A stretch of DNA of 58,661 nt, the filler included, from an uncultured Myxococcia bacterium (GTDB lineage Bacteria > CAZTWC01), in the NCBI GenBank assembly GCA_964617105.1. It is 2 parts of 2 records of this genome, joined end to end, with 100 filler letters (N's around TTAATTAATTAA, not from the genome) between each part and the next. Parts side by side here need not be neighbours in the genome. Positions count along the whole stretch, not along the records: positions 29,434 to 58,661 come from CAZTWC010000012.1; 1 more part is not named here. One strand, 5' to 3'. The position numbers and the translations under genes are program-made. Positions 47,484 through 57,434 of the stretch are shown here, one piece after another. Below the pieces are notes generated by a model, which saw only the letters and a program-made list of their open reading frames with translations, was not told the DNA's origin and did no database searches. The first letter of the stretch is position 1; each line of letters begins with the position of its first letter.

Positions 47484-48872
47484 TTAATAACTTACTGATA
47501 TTTTAAATAACACCTCGTTTTTAAAATAGTGTAAATTTTGCTCAGCAACGTTACCTTTCACCCATTCCATGGTGTTATCCGTTTTTTGGTTGAATTTTCC
47601 CTCTTGTATAAAAATTTGATAACCGGTGCTGTTGTTAATCAGGTTATACTGGATATTAAAGGCCAACCAGGTAAGAATTTGGTAATCCAAATCTACAGAA
47701 GCGGCAAAGATAGGGTCTATCCGATTATCATCACTCTGATAAGTATTATTATCCACCTGGCTTTTAGTGCCAGTCAAATGAGTATTACTCTCACCAAACT
47801 TATTGTAACTGAAACTAACATTGCCCCTAAGCCATAAGTTATGCATCAAGGCCCGTTCAATATTAAAGTAAAGTTTATTCTCCTCAAAGTAACCAAAAAG
47901 CCCCATTAGTTGAGCAGTCCGGGTAATCCCACCTTTTATTACAAAAATCTCTGAACTCTTGTAGTTTAACTCTAAAGTAGCCAATGCGCTGTTGAAGTTG
48001 CCATAATCCCTACTGACGCCTGCATATTTTTTTATATACTGGTTCTCGCCAGAGATCATAGTGTTGCCGTATCCCAGCAAAAGGGTAACCGAAATCTTCC
48101 TGGTCACCTGACCTATCATTCCTGCATTGACAAGCAACATGTAAGGAGTTGGATTGGGATTATCCATTTCAGATTTGGTTTCCGAATTAAGGCTATAAGG
48201 ATTTGTTGATTTGTAACTACTTTCATAATAATTCCTGGTATTCAGGGAAGTATTGAAAACCAATGCGGTACGAGGTAAAAAGTTCCACTGCACATTAAAC
48301 TTAGGCATATGAGCCATATAATTATTTTGGGGCAGATTGGCATCCTCATCATACCGGTCAAAAATAAATTCATAGCCAAAATTTAAATTTAAAATACCCC
48401 CAGCCGGGTTATAGGTAAATTTAAAGCCAGCCTGGTTGGCGATCCGATCGTTCCTGGCCAGAGAATGGTTTCTTGGCCTTGAAGAGCGAATAAAATTGTT
48501 AGACAATTTTAATTTATACTGTCCACGAGGATTAAAAGTTATGGATATGCCCGATTCGCCTTCAGTGGAACTTAGAACACTGTTTTCTTCCTTAAAGTAC
48601 TTGTTGTAAACAGCCAGACCGGAGAAGTCAAAAATAAAATTACTTCCTGGCATAGTCAGTTTAAAACCCGGTTCAACGTGAAGAACAAAATCGCTGATCA
48701 GATCAGCGTCCTTGTAAAGCACATTGGAGTCATACTCAGAAACAATTCCAATGGAAGGATGGAATTCTCCTTTACCTAATTTCAGCCCTACCCCTTCGGC
48801 GAAAGCCATACCGGCAAGCAAAACGTTTATTACACTTATTACAACTGCTATTTTAACTACTTTTCTAACCAT
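47484..48872 (-). CDS. Outer membrane beta-barrel protein (EpsX/BBP2-like)
   Basis: Signal peptide, HPSIGIVSEYDSNV, alternating amphipathic strands, terminal aromatic residue; next to OPX gene. Confidence 0.75.
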   Translation of the reverse strand: MVRKVVKIAVVISVINVLLAGMAFAEGVGLKLGKGEFHPSIGIVSEYDSNVLYKDADLISDFVLHVEPGFKLTMPGSNFIFDFSGLAVYNKYFKEENSVLSSTEGESGISITFNPRGQYKLKLSNNFIRSSRPRNHSLARNDRIANQAGFKFTYNPAGGILNLNFGYEFIFDRYDEDANLPQNNYMAHMPKFNVQWNFLPRTALVFNTSLNTRNYYESSYKSTNPYSLNSETKSEMDNPNPTPYMLLVNAGMIGQVTRKISVTLLLGYGNTMISGENQYIKKYAGVSRDYGNFNSALATLELNYKSSEIFVIKGGITRTAQLMGLFGYFEENKLYFNIERALMHNLWLRGNVSFSYNKFGESNTHLTGTKSQVDNNTYQSDDNRIDPIFAASVDLDYQILTWLAFNIQYNLINNSTGYQIFIQEGKFNQKTDNTMEWVKGNVAEQNLHYFKNEVLFKISVSY

Positions 48873-48976
48873 ATTTCACACTTCTTTTTTAACCTATTAA
48901 CCCGCCCGCCTTTTTCTCACTCTCTAACTACCAAATTTATTAACTGATACAACACTTAAATACTCTATTAAAGAAA

Positions 48977-49576
48977 TCATTGAAATGGAGATGCCGCGGG
49001 TGGATTACTAATGTCTCCTTCATCACCCAAACTAGTACCCCCAACGCCAGCTTCACCGCCGCTTTCGGTCATGGCCTCAGACTCTAACTCTTTAGCCACT
49101 TTGTCCATCTCTACTTCAACTTTTGTTTCACCTGTGTACACCGCCATCTCGCCAATACAGGCTTCAGCCTCGGCCTGTAGTTGCTTGATCTTTTGATAAC
49201 TGATAGATATTTTTGTAAATTCGTTTTCAATGGTGCTTTTATCATCTTTTACAATGGCTTCCTTAAAAGAGATGTTTCCCATTTCTGAAACTTTTATCAA
49301 TCCTTTGATGGCGGTCAATTTATCGTTGACACAGTTTAACTTGATAACATCCTTCTCTTTTCTGGTCTCTTTTAATATAGCCAGCACTTTATCGAGGATA
49401 CCATTCATCTCGTTGAGGTATTTTTCCGCTTTCTCGGTCATCTCTGCTACCGGGATCTGGCCAGTATTTTGACTAATGGCACCATCACCTGTTTGCGTCT
49501 CCATCTTGGCCATTAAATTTCCAGCCATACATAGAGAAATAAGTAACACTATAAAATTTATCTTATATTTCATCAT
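48977..49576 (-). CDS. Secreted helical hypothetical protein
   Basis: Signal peptide, KDVIKLNCVNDKL...EAEACIGE, C-terminal PPAASPFQ; GAGGAG RBS. Confidence 0.7.
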   Translation of the reverse strand: MMKYKINFIVLLISLCMAGNLMAKMETQTGDGAISQNTGQIPVAEMTEKAEKYLNEMNGILDKVLAILKETRKEKDVIKLNCVNDKLTAIKGLIKVSEMGNISFKEAIVKDDKSTIENEFTKISISYQKIKQLQAEAEACIGEMAVYTGETKVEVEMDKVAKELESEAMTESGGEAGVGGTSLGDEGDISNPPAASPFQ

Positions 49577-49609
49577 CTGTTCTCCTCTTAAAAGACAATG
49601 GTAATAGAA

Positions 49610-49638
49610 AGTATAGTGTCATTACCCGTTAATGTCAA
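49610..49638 (-). promoter_or_regulatory. Near-consensus sigma70 promoter
   Basis: Minus strand TTGACA-17 nt-TATACT upstream of 49576. Confidence 0.7.
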
Positions 49639-49673
49639 TAATTTTTTAATATTCAAATAATTATTTACCATAA

Positions 49674-52600
49674 TTATTTGCCGGTTCTTTTCGGTTTTTT
49701 CCTCGGGCTTTCCTCTCTAATTATTACCTCTCTTATGCCTGCCCCAGACTCAACCTGGCCGTCAAAACCTTTTACCTGACATTTTAGCCGATCACCTTTC
49801 TGGCGATCTCCTTTATAGATACTGCTGCCCTGACTGCCTGACTCTACTTTGCCGTTTTTAAACCACTTATAGCGATACTGGATGCTGTCGCTGTCAATAT
49901 CGCGGCTCTCGGTCTTAATACTGCAACTTACCTGGTCGTCCTTCTTGGGCTTGGCCGGGGTTATCTCGGCTACCGGCGATGAAGGTGCACTGTTTACCAC
50001 CTTTACCACTGCCTGACCCGAGCCACCTTCCATCTCTCCATCACTGCCATATACCAGAACCTTCCACTCCTGGCCCTTGGTGGTATATTTGCCGGACAAA
50101 GTGGCGCCATCAACATCTTTGAACATACTGCCATCCCGATACCACTCATAACGATACTGAACCTTATCGCCGTCTATATCACGGGCTCCTTTGCTGATCT
50201 GAGCCCGCAAATCGCTCCGGGTGTTGGGACGGCCGGGGATTAACTTCACTTCCGGAGAGGTCGGCGCACTGTTGATTACCTGAACCTGGGCCTCACCTTT
50301 ACCGCTCTTGGAGGCTCCATCACTGCCATAGGCAAAACATTGCCACTGCTCACCCTTTTTAACCTTGCCCTTAGGCACGGTGGATCCTGATACTCCCCTG
50401 GCGGCTTTTTCATTCACCTTCCATGCGAAAACATAGGTCATCTTGTCGCCGTCAGCATCAAAACTCTGTCCCACCACCTGGCATTTCAACTCTTCTCCAC
50501 TGCGAGGGGCGGATGGTCCAACCTCCACCTGAGGCGCAGTGGGTACGGTGTTCAATACCCTCACCTCTCTTATGCCTGCCCCAGACTCAACCTGGCCGTC
50601 AAAACCTTTTACCTGACATTTTAGCCGATCACCTTTCTGGCGATCTCCTTTATAGATACTGCTGCCCTGACTGCCTGACTCTACTTTGCCGTTTTTAAAC
50701 CACTTATAGCGATACTGGATGCTGTCGCTGTCAATATCGCGGCTCTCGGTCTTAATACTGCAACTTACCTGGTCGTCCTTCTTGGGCTTGGCCGGGGTTA
50801 TCTCGGCTACCGGCGATGAAGGTGCACTGTTTACCACCTTTACCACTGCCTGACCCGAGCCACCTTCCATCTCTCCATCACTGCCATATACCAGAACCTT
50901 CCACTCCTGGCCCTTGGTGGTATATTTGCCGGACAAAGTGGCGCCATCAACATCTTTGAACATACTGCCATCCCGATACCACTCATAACGATACTGAACC
51001 TTATCGCCGTCTATATCACGGGCTCCTTTGCTGATCTGAGCCCGCAAATCGCTCCGGGTGTTGGGACGGCCGGGGGTTAACTTCACTTCCGGAGAGGTGG
51101 GCGGGGTATTGATGGCGGTAAAAGATATTTCCGCACTTTTTCCGCTTCCCTGACCATCAAAAGGCACCACTTTAACCTTCCAGGTCTGATCTTTTTTAAA
51201 AAATCCCTTAACTTTGGCTTTGCCAGTTAAAAAATCCTGCACTTTACCCTTATAATACCATAAATAATTATAAGTTATCTTGTCGCCATCGGGATCAAAA
51301 GAATGATTGGACACATCCACCTGAATCTCCTGGTTAACCGCTGGCGACTGATTATTTATAGTCACTTCCGGTTCTGCCGGAAGTGTATTAAGTATATATA
51401 CTGCTGCAACTGCCACCGGCCCCTTTTGCTCACCATCAAAGGGAGTTGCATAAACTTCCCATTTTTCACCCTTTTTGGTCTTATCAGTGGTGATATCCAT
51501 CCCTTTATGATTAGTTACCGTCTTGCCATTGCGTTTCCAGAGATATTGATAGGAAATAGAATCGTTGTCAGCATCAGTTGATTCCCGGTCAAACTCGACC
51601 CGCAAGCCATCGATGGTAAAGGGTTTGGCCGGCCCAATTTTTATTCTGCAGCCGGTTGGAGGAGTATTTTTTACTTTAAATTCCAATTTTGCTACTTCTC
51701 CATCCTCGCTACCATCAAATCCAAAAACCTCTGCCCGCCACTTATCATGTTTAAATAACTCTTGTTTGGATAGTTTACTTTTATTTTCTGCAAAAGACTG
51801 TCTCTGATCATTCTTGAACCAACGATATCTAACCTCTACTTTGTCACCATCTGGATCAAAGGGGTTGGTTAGTAAATCAATTTTTAAGGTACTATTGGTA
51901 TACACAGTTGCACTGCTCAATTTCACCTTCGGTTTTTTAGGCACACTGTTTGCCACTACTACCGAATGGCCGGCCGGAGCACTTTTTAACCTGGAGTCAA
52001 AGGCAAATACTTCAACCTTCCACACCTGATCCTTGCGAATACTCTGCCCACTAATAATCCTGGTAGAATCTCCTAACTTGATCTCCTGGTCGTTTTTATA
52101 CCACTTATAGAGGTAAGATATTTTGTCGCCATCAGCATCGGTTGCCGCCTGGCTAATCTCTACCTTCAAATCATCTCCTATTTGGGGAGAAGCCGGGGTA
52201 ATCGTCACCACCGGCGGATAGGGAGGCAAATTATGTATCTTGACCGCGGCATATCCCACACCCCCATCTACCTCACCATCATTGGCCACAACTTTTACCT
52301 TAACATCATCACCTTTTTTAAACTTGTTGAGAGCCAGTTGCGATTCATTGCTCTGAAATTTGCCATTAACATACCAATTGTATTTATAGATTATTGGATC
52401 ATGGTCATCATCTTTAGCTTCCTTTTTGACGCTCACCTGTAGAACATCATTAATCGTAGGGTTTTCCGGAGTTATTATAACTCCCGGACCCTGGGGAGGT
52501 GTATTTATAATAGTAGATTCTGCCTGACTTTCCGGACCAAACTGCTCTCCATCGTGGGGAATTACTATTAATTTCCACTTCTCTCCTTTAGTGGTGTATT

Positions 52601-54377
52601 TAGCGCTAACATCCCTAGTATCATAGGGAAAATCCTGCTTAGTTCCATCTTTATACCAATTATAATGATAGGTAATTTTATCCCGGTCTGCATCGTTTGA
52701 AGATTTGGGAATTGCGGTCTTTAAAGTAACTGTAGTTCTGGCTTTGTTGGGTGAAACTACAATTTTTGGCTTGGTTGGAAGAGTATTAAGAATCTCTACA
52801 GAGGATGATGTATAATAAATAGCCCCCTTTTTTTCACCGTAGGTTCGCCAATTATCGCCATCCTGGAGAGTAAAGTGCCATCTCTCCCCTTTTTTGATGC
52901 TGCCGGGAGGTAATTGCTTTAGATGGCTGTACCTTTCATCTAATATATCATCTCTATACCACTTGGTTCGGATATTTGGTCCAGATTTTTCAGTAGGGTT
53001 ATCAAGATCGAAATAGGAATTTTTTATCTTTAAACGGTTAGAAACCCTCGGTTCATCTGGAAGTATCAGCAATTCTGATAATAGGGCCTCGTTCGGGTGG
53101 AGCCGGCCGGAACGGTAAGGATCGTGACCTTCGGCGGGCCAGGGTAGGTTCAGTTTTACTTTCTGCGCTTTTGCTGTAATCCTCCAGGCAAACATTTTTT
53201 TATTTGCTCCGGTTACTATTATCTCAACTGAACCATTACCATCAAAATCGGTCAGTACAGGAGTGGAAGATAATTTACCTCCCAAATATTCAGGAAATCC
53301 TGGATATCTTCTGCCATTGTTTCTTACCACATATACATTTCCATCATTAGAGGTAAAAACTATTTCTTGAGTGCCGTTTCGATCTATATCACCAACTACC
53401 ACTGATGAAAATATTCTTCCTTTGGTTTTAAAAGGAAAGCCGGGTAACAACTTTCCTTTTTTATCAAAAACATAAAGATTATTATCTCCAGAAGGAACGA
53501 TAATATCGCGATTGCCGTCACCATCAACATCAGCAACAGCACCGGTTCCATATATTCTATATTTTGTTGTTACCGGAAAACCATCCATCAGGGAGCCGTT
53601 ATTTTCAACGGCATATACTTTAAAATCCTGGGAAATGATTATCAGTTCAAAACGGTAGTCTTTATCCAGGTCTGCAATTATAGGCTGGGAACTAACAGTA
53701 AAATTAGTGGAAAAGGGAAATCCGGATAACGATCTCTGATTTACTGAAAATGCGTGTACATCACCATTTTCTAACCCAACTACCATATCTACTTTTCCAT
53801 CGCTGTTAAGATCTCCAACAGCAGCAGTGGATATTACCCCGCTTCCCAATTTTTTTGGATATTTAGGCCAAACTTTACCATTACCTTTAATAATATAAAA
53901 ATTGCCGGATTTGGTTCCAATACAGATCTCCATCTTGTTATCGCTATTTGCATCAATCAATGATGGGTTGGCCAGCACTTTTCCCTTCAATTTATATGGA
54001 AATCCGCTAATTGTCTGAGCCCGTAAATTTAAGGCGTATAAAACTCCTTTTTTGGTAACTGCTATAATCTCCTTTTTCCCGTCGCCGTTAATATCTCCGA
54101 TAGTTGGCGTTGAAACAAATTCCTGCCCTTTTGGCAATTTAAACTCCGCTAAAGAAACCCCGTAAGAGTCCCAAATATAGAGATAGTTTGTAGCGACAGC
54201 CACCAACTCATTACTTCCATCGTTATCCAAATCATCAACAACAGGTGAAGGTCGTGAAAATTTGGATTTTGAAGTAATAGGAAATCCAGGCGCTTCATTT
54301 AATGCTAACACATTTCCAGTTGATAAAAATGCTGCAATAACAATTATTAAAGATAGAAAATGAATTCTTTTTTTCAT
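49674..54377 (-). CDS. 1567-aa secreted FG-GAP propeller + about 12 Ig-like repeat protein (adhesin-like)
   Basis: Signal peptide; seven D(L/I/V)xxDGxxE/D FG-GAP repeats; ~93-aa units N(S/T)xPxxP.V.I.P..P...DxDxD.I.Y.Y.WYKNG. Confidence 0.85.
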   Translation of the reverse strand: MKKRIHFLSLIIVIAAFLSTGNVLALNEAPGFPITSKSKFSRPSPVVDDLDNDGSNELVAVATNYLYIWDSYGVSLAEFKLPKGQEFVSTPTIGDINGDGKKEIIAVTKKGVLYALNLRAQTISGFPYKLKGKVLANPSLIDANSDNKMEICIGTKSGNFYIIKGNGKVWPKYPKKLGSGVISTAAVGDLNSDGKVDMVVGLENGDVHAFSVNQRSLSGFPFSTNFTVSSQPIIADLDKDYRFELIIISQDFKVYAVENNGSLMDGFPVTTKYRIYGTGAVADVDGDGNRDIIVPSGDNNLYVFDKKGKLLPGFPFKTKGRIFSSVVVGDIDRNGTQEIVFTSNDGNVYVVRNNGRRYPGFPEYLGGKLSSTPVLTDFDGNGSVEIIVTGANKKMFAWRITAKAQKVKLNLPWPAEGHDPYRSGRLHPNEALLSELLILPDEPRVSNRLKIKNSYFDLDNPTEKSGPNIRTKWYRDDILDERYSHLKQLPPGSIKKGERWHFTLQDGDNWRTYGEKKGAIYYTSSSVEILNTLPTKPKIVVSPNKARTTVTLKTAIPKSSNDADRDKITYHYNWYKDGTKQDFPYDTRDVSAKYTTKGEKWKLIVIPHDGEQFGPESQAESTIINTPPQGPGVIITPENPTINDVLQVSVKKEAKDDDHDPIIYKYNWYVNGKFQSNESQLALNKFKKGDDVKVKVVANDGEVDGGVGYAAVKIHNLPPYPPVVTITPASPQIGDDLKVEISQAATDADGDKISYLYKWYKNDQEIKLGDSTRIISGQSIRKDQVWKVEVFAFDSRLKSAPAGHSVVVANSVPKKPKVKLSSATVYTNSTLKIDLLTNPFDPDGDKVEVRYRWFKNDQRQSFAENKSKLSKQELFKHDKWRAEVFGFDGSEDGEVAKLEFKVKNTPPTGCRIKIGPAKPFTIDGLRVEFDRESTDADNDSISYQYLWKRNGKTVTNHKGMDITTDKTKKGEKWEVYATPFDGEQKGPVAVAAVYILNTLPAEPEVTINNQSPAVNQEIQVDVSNHSFDPDGDKITYNYLWYYKGKVQDFLTGKAKVKGFFKKDQTWKVKVVPFDGQGSGKSAEISFTAINTPPTSPEVKLTPGRPNTRSDLRAQISKGARDIDGDKVQYRYEWYRDGSMFKDVDGATLSGKYTTKGQEWKVLVYGSDGEMEGGSGQAVVKVVNSAPSSPVAEITPAKPKKDDQVSCSIKTESRDIDSDSIQYRYKWFKNGKVESGSQGSSIYKGDRQKGDRLKCQVKGFDGQVESGAGIREVRVLNTVPTAPQVEVGPSAPRSGEELKCQVVGQSFDADGDKMTYVFAWKVNEKAARGVSGSTVPKGKVKKGEQWQCFAYGSDGASKSGKGEAQVQVINSAPTSPEVKLIPGRPNTRSDLRAQISKGARDIDGDKVQYRYEWYRDGSMFKDVDGATLSGKYTTKGQEWKVLVYGSDGEMEGGSGQAVVKVVNSAPSSPVAEITPAKPKKDDQVSCSIKTESRDIDSDSIQYRYKWFKNGKVESGSQGSSIYKGDRQKGDRLKCQVKGFDGQVESGAGIREVIIREESPRKKPKRTGK
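49726..51098. repeat. 536-nt near-identical intragenic direct repeat (49726-50261 and 50563-51098)
   Basis: Offset 837 nt; one mismatch noticed (50239 vs 51076). Confidence 0.9.
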
Positions 54378-54603
54378 AACTCTCTTTTTCCTTTTATTTT
54401 TGTGATAGTTTATCTTATTAGTCTAGTATAATCTGTGATTTCTACCACAAAACTATCAATATTTCCAATGAAAAATGAGATTATGGATAATATAATTTGA
54501 AATGGGTATTAAGCAACCCGAAGATTAACCATCCTAATAAAAAGGTTGGTATTAGGATTGAATAGTTATTTCTAGATTTAGGTTATTAGTGCCCGTCCGG
54601 AAA

Positions 54604-55989
54604 TTATCCTGCTGGAGCAAAGACAAATGGAAATTCGATGGAAACATCTCCACCTTCTGGTTTGGGGAATCTCCAGCGTTTGATATGACTCATAATACAT
54701 TGGGCTACTTTACTATCACCCATGGTATTACTAGCTACTGAAGTTTCAATAACTCTACCCCGGGTGTTTATGGTAAAACCGATAACAATTTTTCCCCGTA
54801 GTTTGGGATTGGCTTTTAATCTTCTTTCATAACACGCTTTTACCGAACCGAGTCTCATTCTTATAACCCGGGTAATTTTTCCCGGATCCAGATCGCCATC
54901 TACTTCAGGCGCTTCATCCATACTAATGGCACCCGATACTTTGGCAGCTCTTTTTTTCTTTATATTTACAGTTCCACCACCTTTGGTCCCTAATTTTCCA
55001 ATGCCGGCAATTTTACCGCCGCCAACAGCACCTTTTTTGCTTGTGGCCATCGCGCTATCAGCAACCGCTACTCCTCCCATACCAATATTCTGCATGGCGC
55101 CGTCCATGTCTGCCATTCCGCCGCCTTCGCTGAGAACATCAGCCAGTGCTCCTCCACTGCTACCATCACCTAAAGCGCCTAGAATCCTGAGCATCCCTTT
55201 TCCTTTTACTTTTTCTGCAATAGCCGCTTTTCTGACTGCTTCTGCCCGGGCTTTCTCCTCAACACTCATCTTTTTTTTGGCCTTTTTACTAACTTTTTTG
55301 GGTTCCTCTTTTTTTACATCTTTTTTCTTCTCATCTTTTTTCTTTTTCCCTTCACCCTCTTTCTTTTTGTTTCCATCATCGGATGGTTTCTTCTTGGGTT
55401 CTGGCTTATTGGGCATAATCAATTTGGAGAATCTATCTTCTATTTGATCCAAACTAAGTTTTCTTAGGGGCGGCCTGGTTTCAAAAAATACAATCAGTGT
55501 AGAATGTAATAGAAATGATCCGAAAAATATACTAAAGAATATCCAGTTGATACTTTTAATCCATCCGCCTTTTGCCAGCGCAGGAATTTGGGGTTTGGCC
55601 GGTTCCGGAGGTGGCTCAACAAATTGAAAAAGGACACTAATCTCACCAACAATTATTTTTCCCTTGGACTCCTTAGTCAAAGGTAAAATAAATTTATCCC
55701 CGCTCTTTTTAATCTTTTTTTGCTTTTTTAGTTCATCAAACCCTACCATAGATGAATTATGCTGGACTTTTCCCTGCATCTTGTCGGTAAAAGACAACTG
55801 GTAGTTGGCACCTTTAAATTCAAAAAGGGTGTATCTCTTGGGCAAATTTGATATCGGGACAACAAAGGTATTTTTTTGGTCCGTACCAATAGTGACAGGC
55901 CCCTGGTCCCGCATCAATTTATCTTCCGCCATCTTCCCGCCGCGAATTATCCCTATACGCAACAAATGTTTTTGAGATCTTTGCGCCAT
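54604..55989 (-). CDS. GltG/AgmX/PglI-like TonB-type energy transducer
   Basis: FHA-like N domain, one TM with SFLLH, Lys/Glu- and Gly-rich linker, C-terminal KACYERRLKANPKLRGKI..WRFPKPEGGDV.IEFPFVF. Confidence 0.85.
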   Translation of the reverse strand: MAQRSQKHLLRIGIIRGGKMAEDKLMRDQGPVTIGTDQKNTFVVPISNLPKRYTLFEFKGANYQLSFTDKMQGKVQHNSSMVGFDELKKQKKIKKSGDKFILPLTKESKGKIIVGEISVLFQFVEPPPEPAKPQIPALAKGGWIKSINWIFFSIFFGSFLLHSTLIVFFETRPPLRKLSLDQIEDRFSKLIMPNKPEPKKKPSDDGNKKKEGEGKKKKDEKKKDVKKEEPKKVSKKAKKKMSVEEKARAEAVRKAAIAEKVKGKGMLRILGALGDGSSGGALADVLSEGGGMADMDGAMQNIGMGGVAVADSAMATSKKGAVGGGKIAGIGKLGTKGGGTVNIKKKRAAKVSGAISMDEAPEVDGDLDPGKITRVIRMRLGSVKACYERRLKANPKLRGKIVIGFTINTRGRVIETSVASNTMGDSKVAQCIMSHIKRWRFPKPEGGDVSIEFPFVFAPAG

Positions 55990-56085
55990 GGTAAGAAACC
56001 TTTCACTTATCCATTTATTGTCAAAGTCTTAGTTTTACCTTAAAACAAAACCTGAGTTAATATGATGTAGTCACCAATAAACAGA

Positions 56086-56643
56086 TTATCCATCTTGCAC
56101 AACTACAAACTTAAAATTACTAAACTGTGCTTGCCCTGCGGTATACATAACCTCTGTTAGCAATCGGCAGGGTACGTCACTATCCATAATTATCATACTC
56201 AGCCCTCTAAACTCCTGGGCTTTATTAAATCGGGCAATCTCTTTTTGCTTCTCCATTTCAATGCTTAAAGCCTCAAAAAGTGGATCAATAAAAAAACCAT
56301 CGGCCCCATCGCGTTTATGCTGCGGTTCGATTTTATAATCTTTTACCTCTACAACCATATCATCATTTACGGTGATACTACGTTTAGTGACTGTAATGGG
56401 CACAGCATCTTCTGGCTGCAATTTGGCCATTGAGGTAGGAATTTGTAAATCATCAGTCGGAGTAACATTGACAGGATTGGTAGAGTAACTCTTTATCAAA
56501 AAAACCAAGATAATAGTCATGATGTCCATCATTGAGTTTATATTTAAACCCATTTTTTTTATTTGACGCTTCTTCCGCTTTGGTTTTTTAACGCTCTCTT
56601 CTTCCTCCAGGTTACCGATTACGCCCTGCTTTACTTCAGCCAT
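56086..56643 (-). CDS. ExbD/TolR family protein (AglS-like)
   Basis: LNINSMMDIMTIILVFLIKSYS, D.DVP.RLLTEVMYTAGQA. Confidence 0.88.
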   Translation of the reverse strand: MAEVKQGVIGNLEEEESVKKPKRKKRQIKKMGLNINSMMDIMTIILVFLIKSYSTNPVNVTPTDDLQIPTSMAKLQPEDAVPITVTKRSITVNDDMVVEVKDYKIEPQHKRDGADGFFIDPLFEALSIEMEKQKEIARFNKAQEFRGLSMIIMDSDVPCRLLTEVMYTAGQAQFSNFKFVVVQDG

Positions 56644-56705
56644 AACATTACCTTCCTTAAATAAGGTTTTGTAATCTATATTTAGTTACCTTTATTTAAC
56701 CGCTA

Positions 56706-57245
56706 TCAGGCAAATCCAGCACTAATTACTACATCAGGGAAGAGTATCCTGCCGTCGCTAGATTCCCGAGTTGCATCAAGTACTTCGATTAGCACCTTAT
56801 ACTTAATTTGCCCTTCGGGGTTTATAATCACCTGTGACTCTTCAGGAAACGAATCTTTGATCTCAATTATTTTTTGAGTCAAAGCGTTGTAATCGTATGT
56901 GCCGTCATCTTTAACCGAAATAGTGGGTCCAGCCTTTTTTCCCTCTTCCTCAGGAGGCTTTGCTCCACCTAAAGTCCCTGCTCTACCAGAAATATAAAAA
57001 CCAGTTTTACTGATAGTAATGGTCAAATTTAGGGGCGGTTTTTCATCTTTTTTCTTTTTCTTCGGTGCAGTAGATCCAGAACCGATTTTTGGCGCTGACA
57101 CATTTATTACTGCGATCTGTAACATGGCCATCTGCAGCAACAAGATCGGAATCAGCAGCACTATCAAATTCATGATAGGGATTAAGTTTAGATCCTTATT
57201 TGGTTCTAGATTATGCCGTCTTTCAGAAGGTTTTCTCTTTGCCAT
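56706..57245 (-). CDS. ExbD/TolR family protein (AglQ position), TM Asp replaced by Asn
   Basis: DLNLIPIMNLIVLLIPILL, IKY..LIEVLDATR, LFPDV. Confidence 0.85.
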   Translation of the reverse strand: MAKRKPSERRHNLEPNKDLNLIPIMNLIVLLIPILLLQMAMLQIAVINVSAPKIGSGSTAPKKKKKDEKPPLNLTITISKTGFYISGRAGTLGGAKPPEEEGKKAGPTISVKDDGTYDYNALTQKIIEIKDSFPEESQVIINPEGQIKYKVLIEVLDATRESSDGRILFPDVVISAGFA

Positions 57246-57434
57246 CGATTTAACTCCAGACTAATTGTATTGACACTCCCCAGAGTTTAAGTTTAAGTCT
57301 GAGGATTCTTGGGCTCAGCCCGTATTCGGTCTGATATCTCCACAAGCTAACACGGCATGCCCTGCCGCAATAAAATTGGTTGTTTCTTATATAACAACAA
57401 ACATCCTGGTCTGGGGCTGCTTGACTTACATTGC
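57246..57434 (-). other. Candidate structured cis-regulatory RNA inside the motor operon
   Basis: Closing stems CCCCAGA/UCUGGGG and AGGAU/AUCCU enclose three hairpins; alternative pairing over the GGAG SD. Confidence 0.4.

Noticed and set aside
54531-54559. Inverted repeat ATCCTAATA/TATTAGGAT downstream of the gltG-like gene
   Set aside because: AT-rich stem without a clear U tract; cannot distinguish terminator, operator or chance
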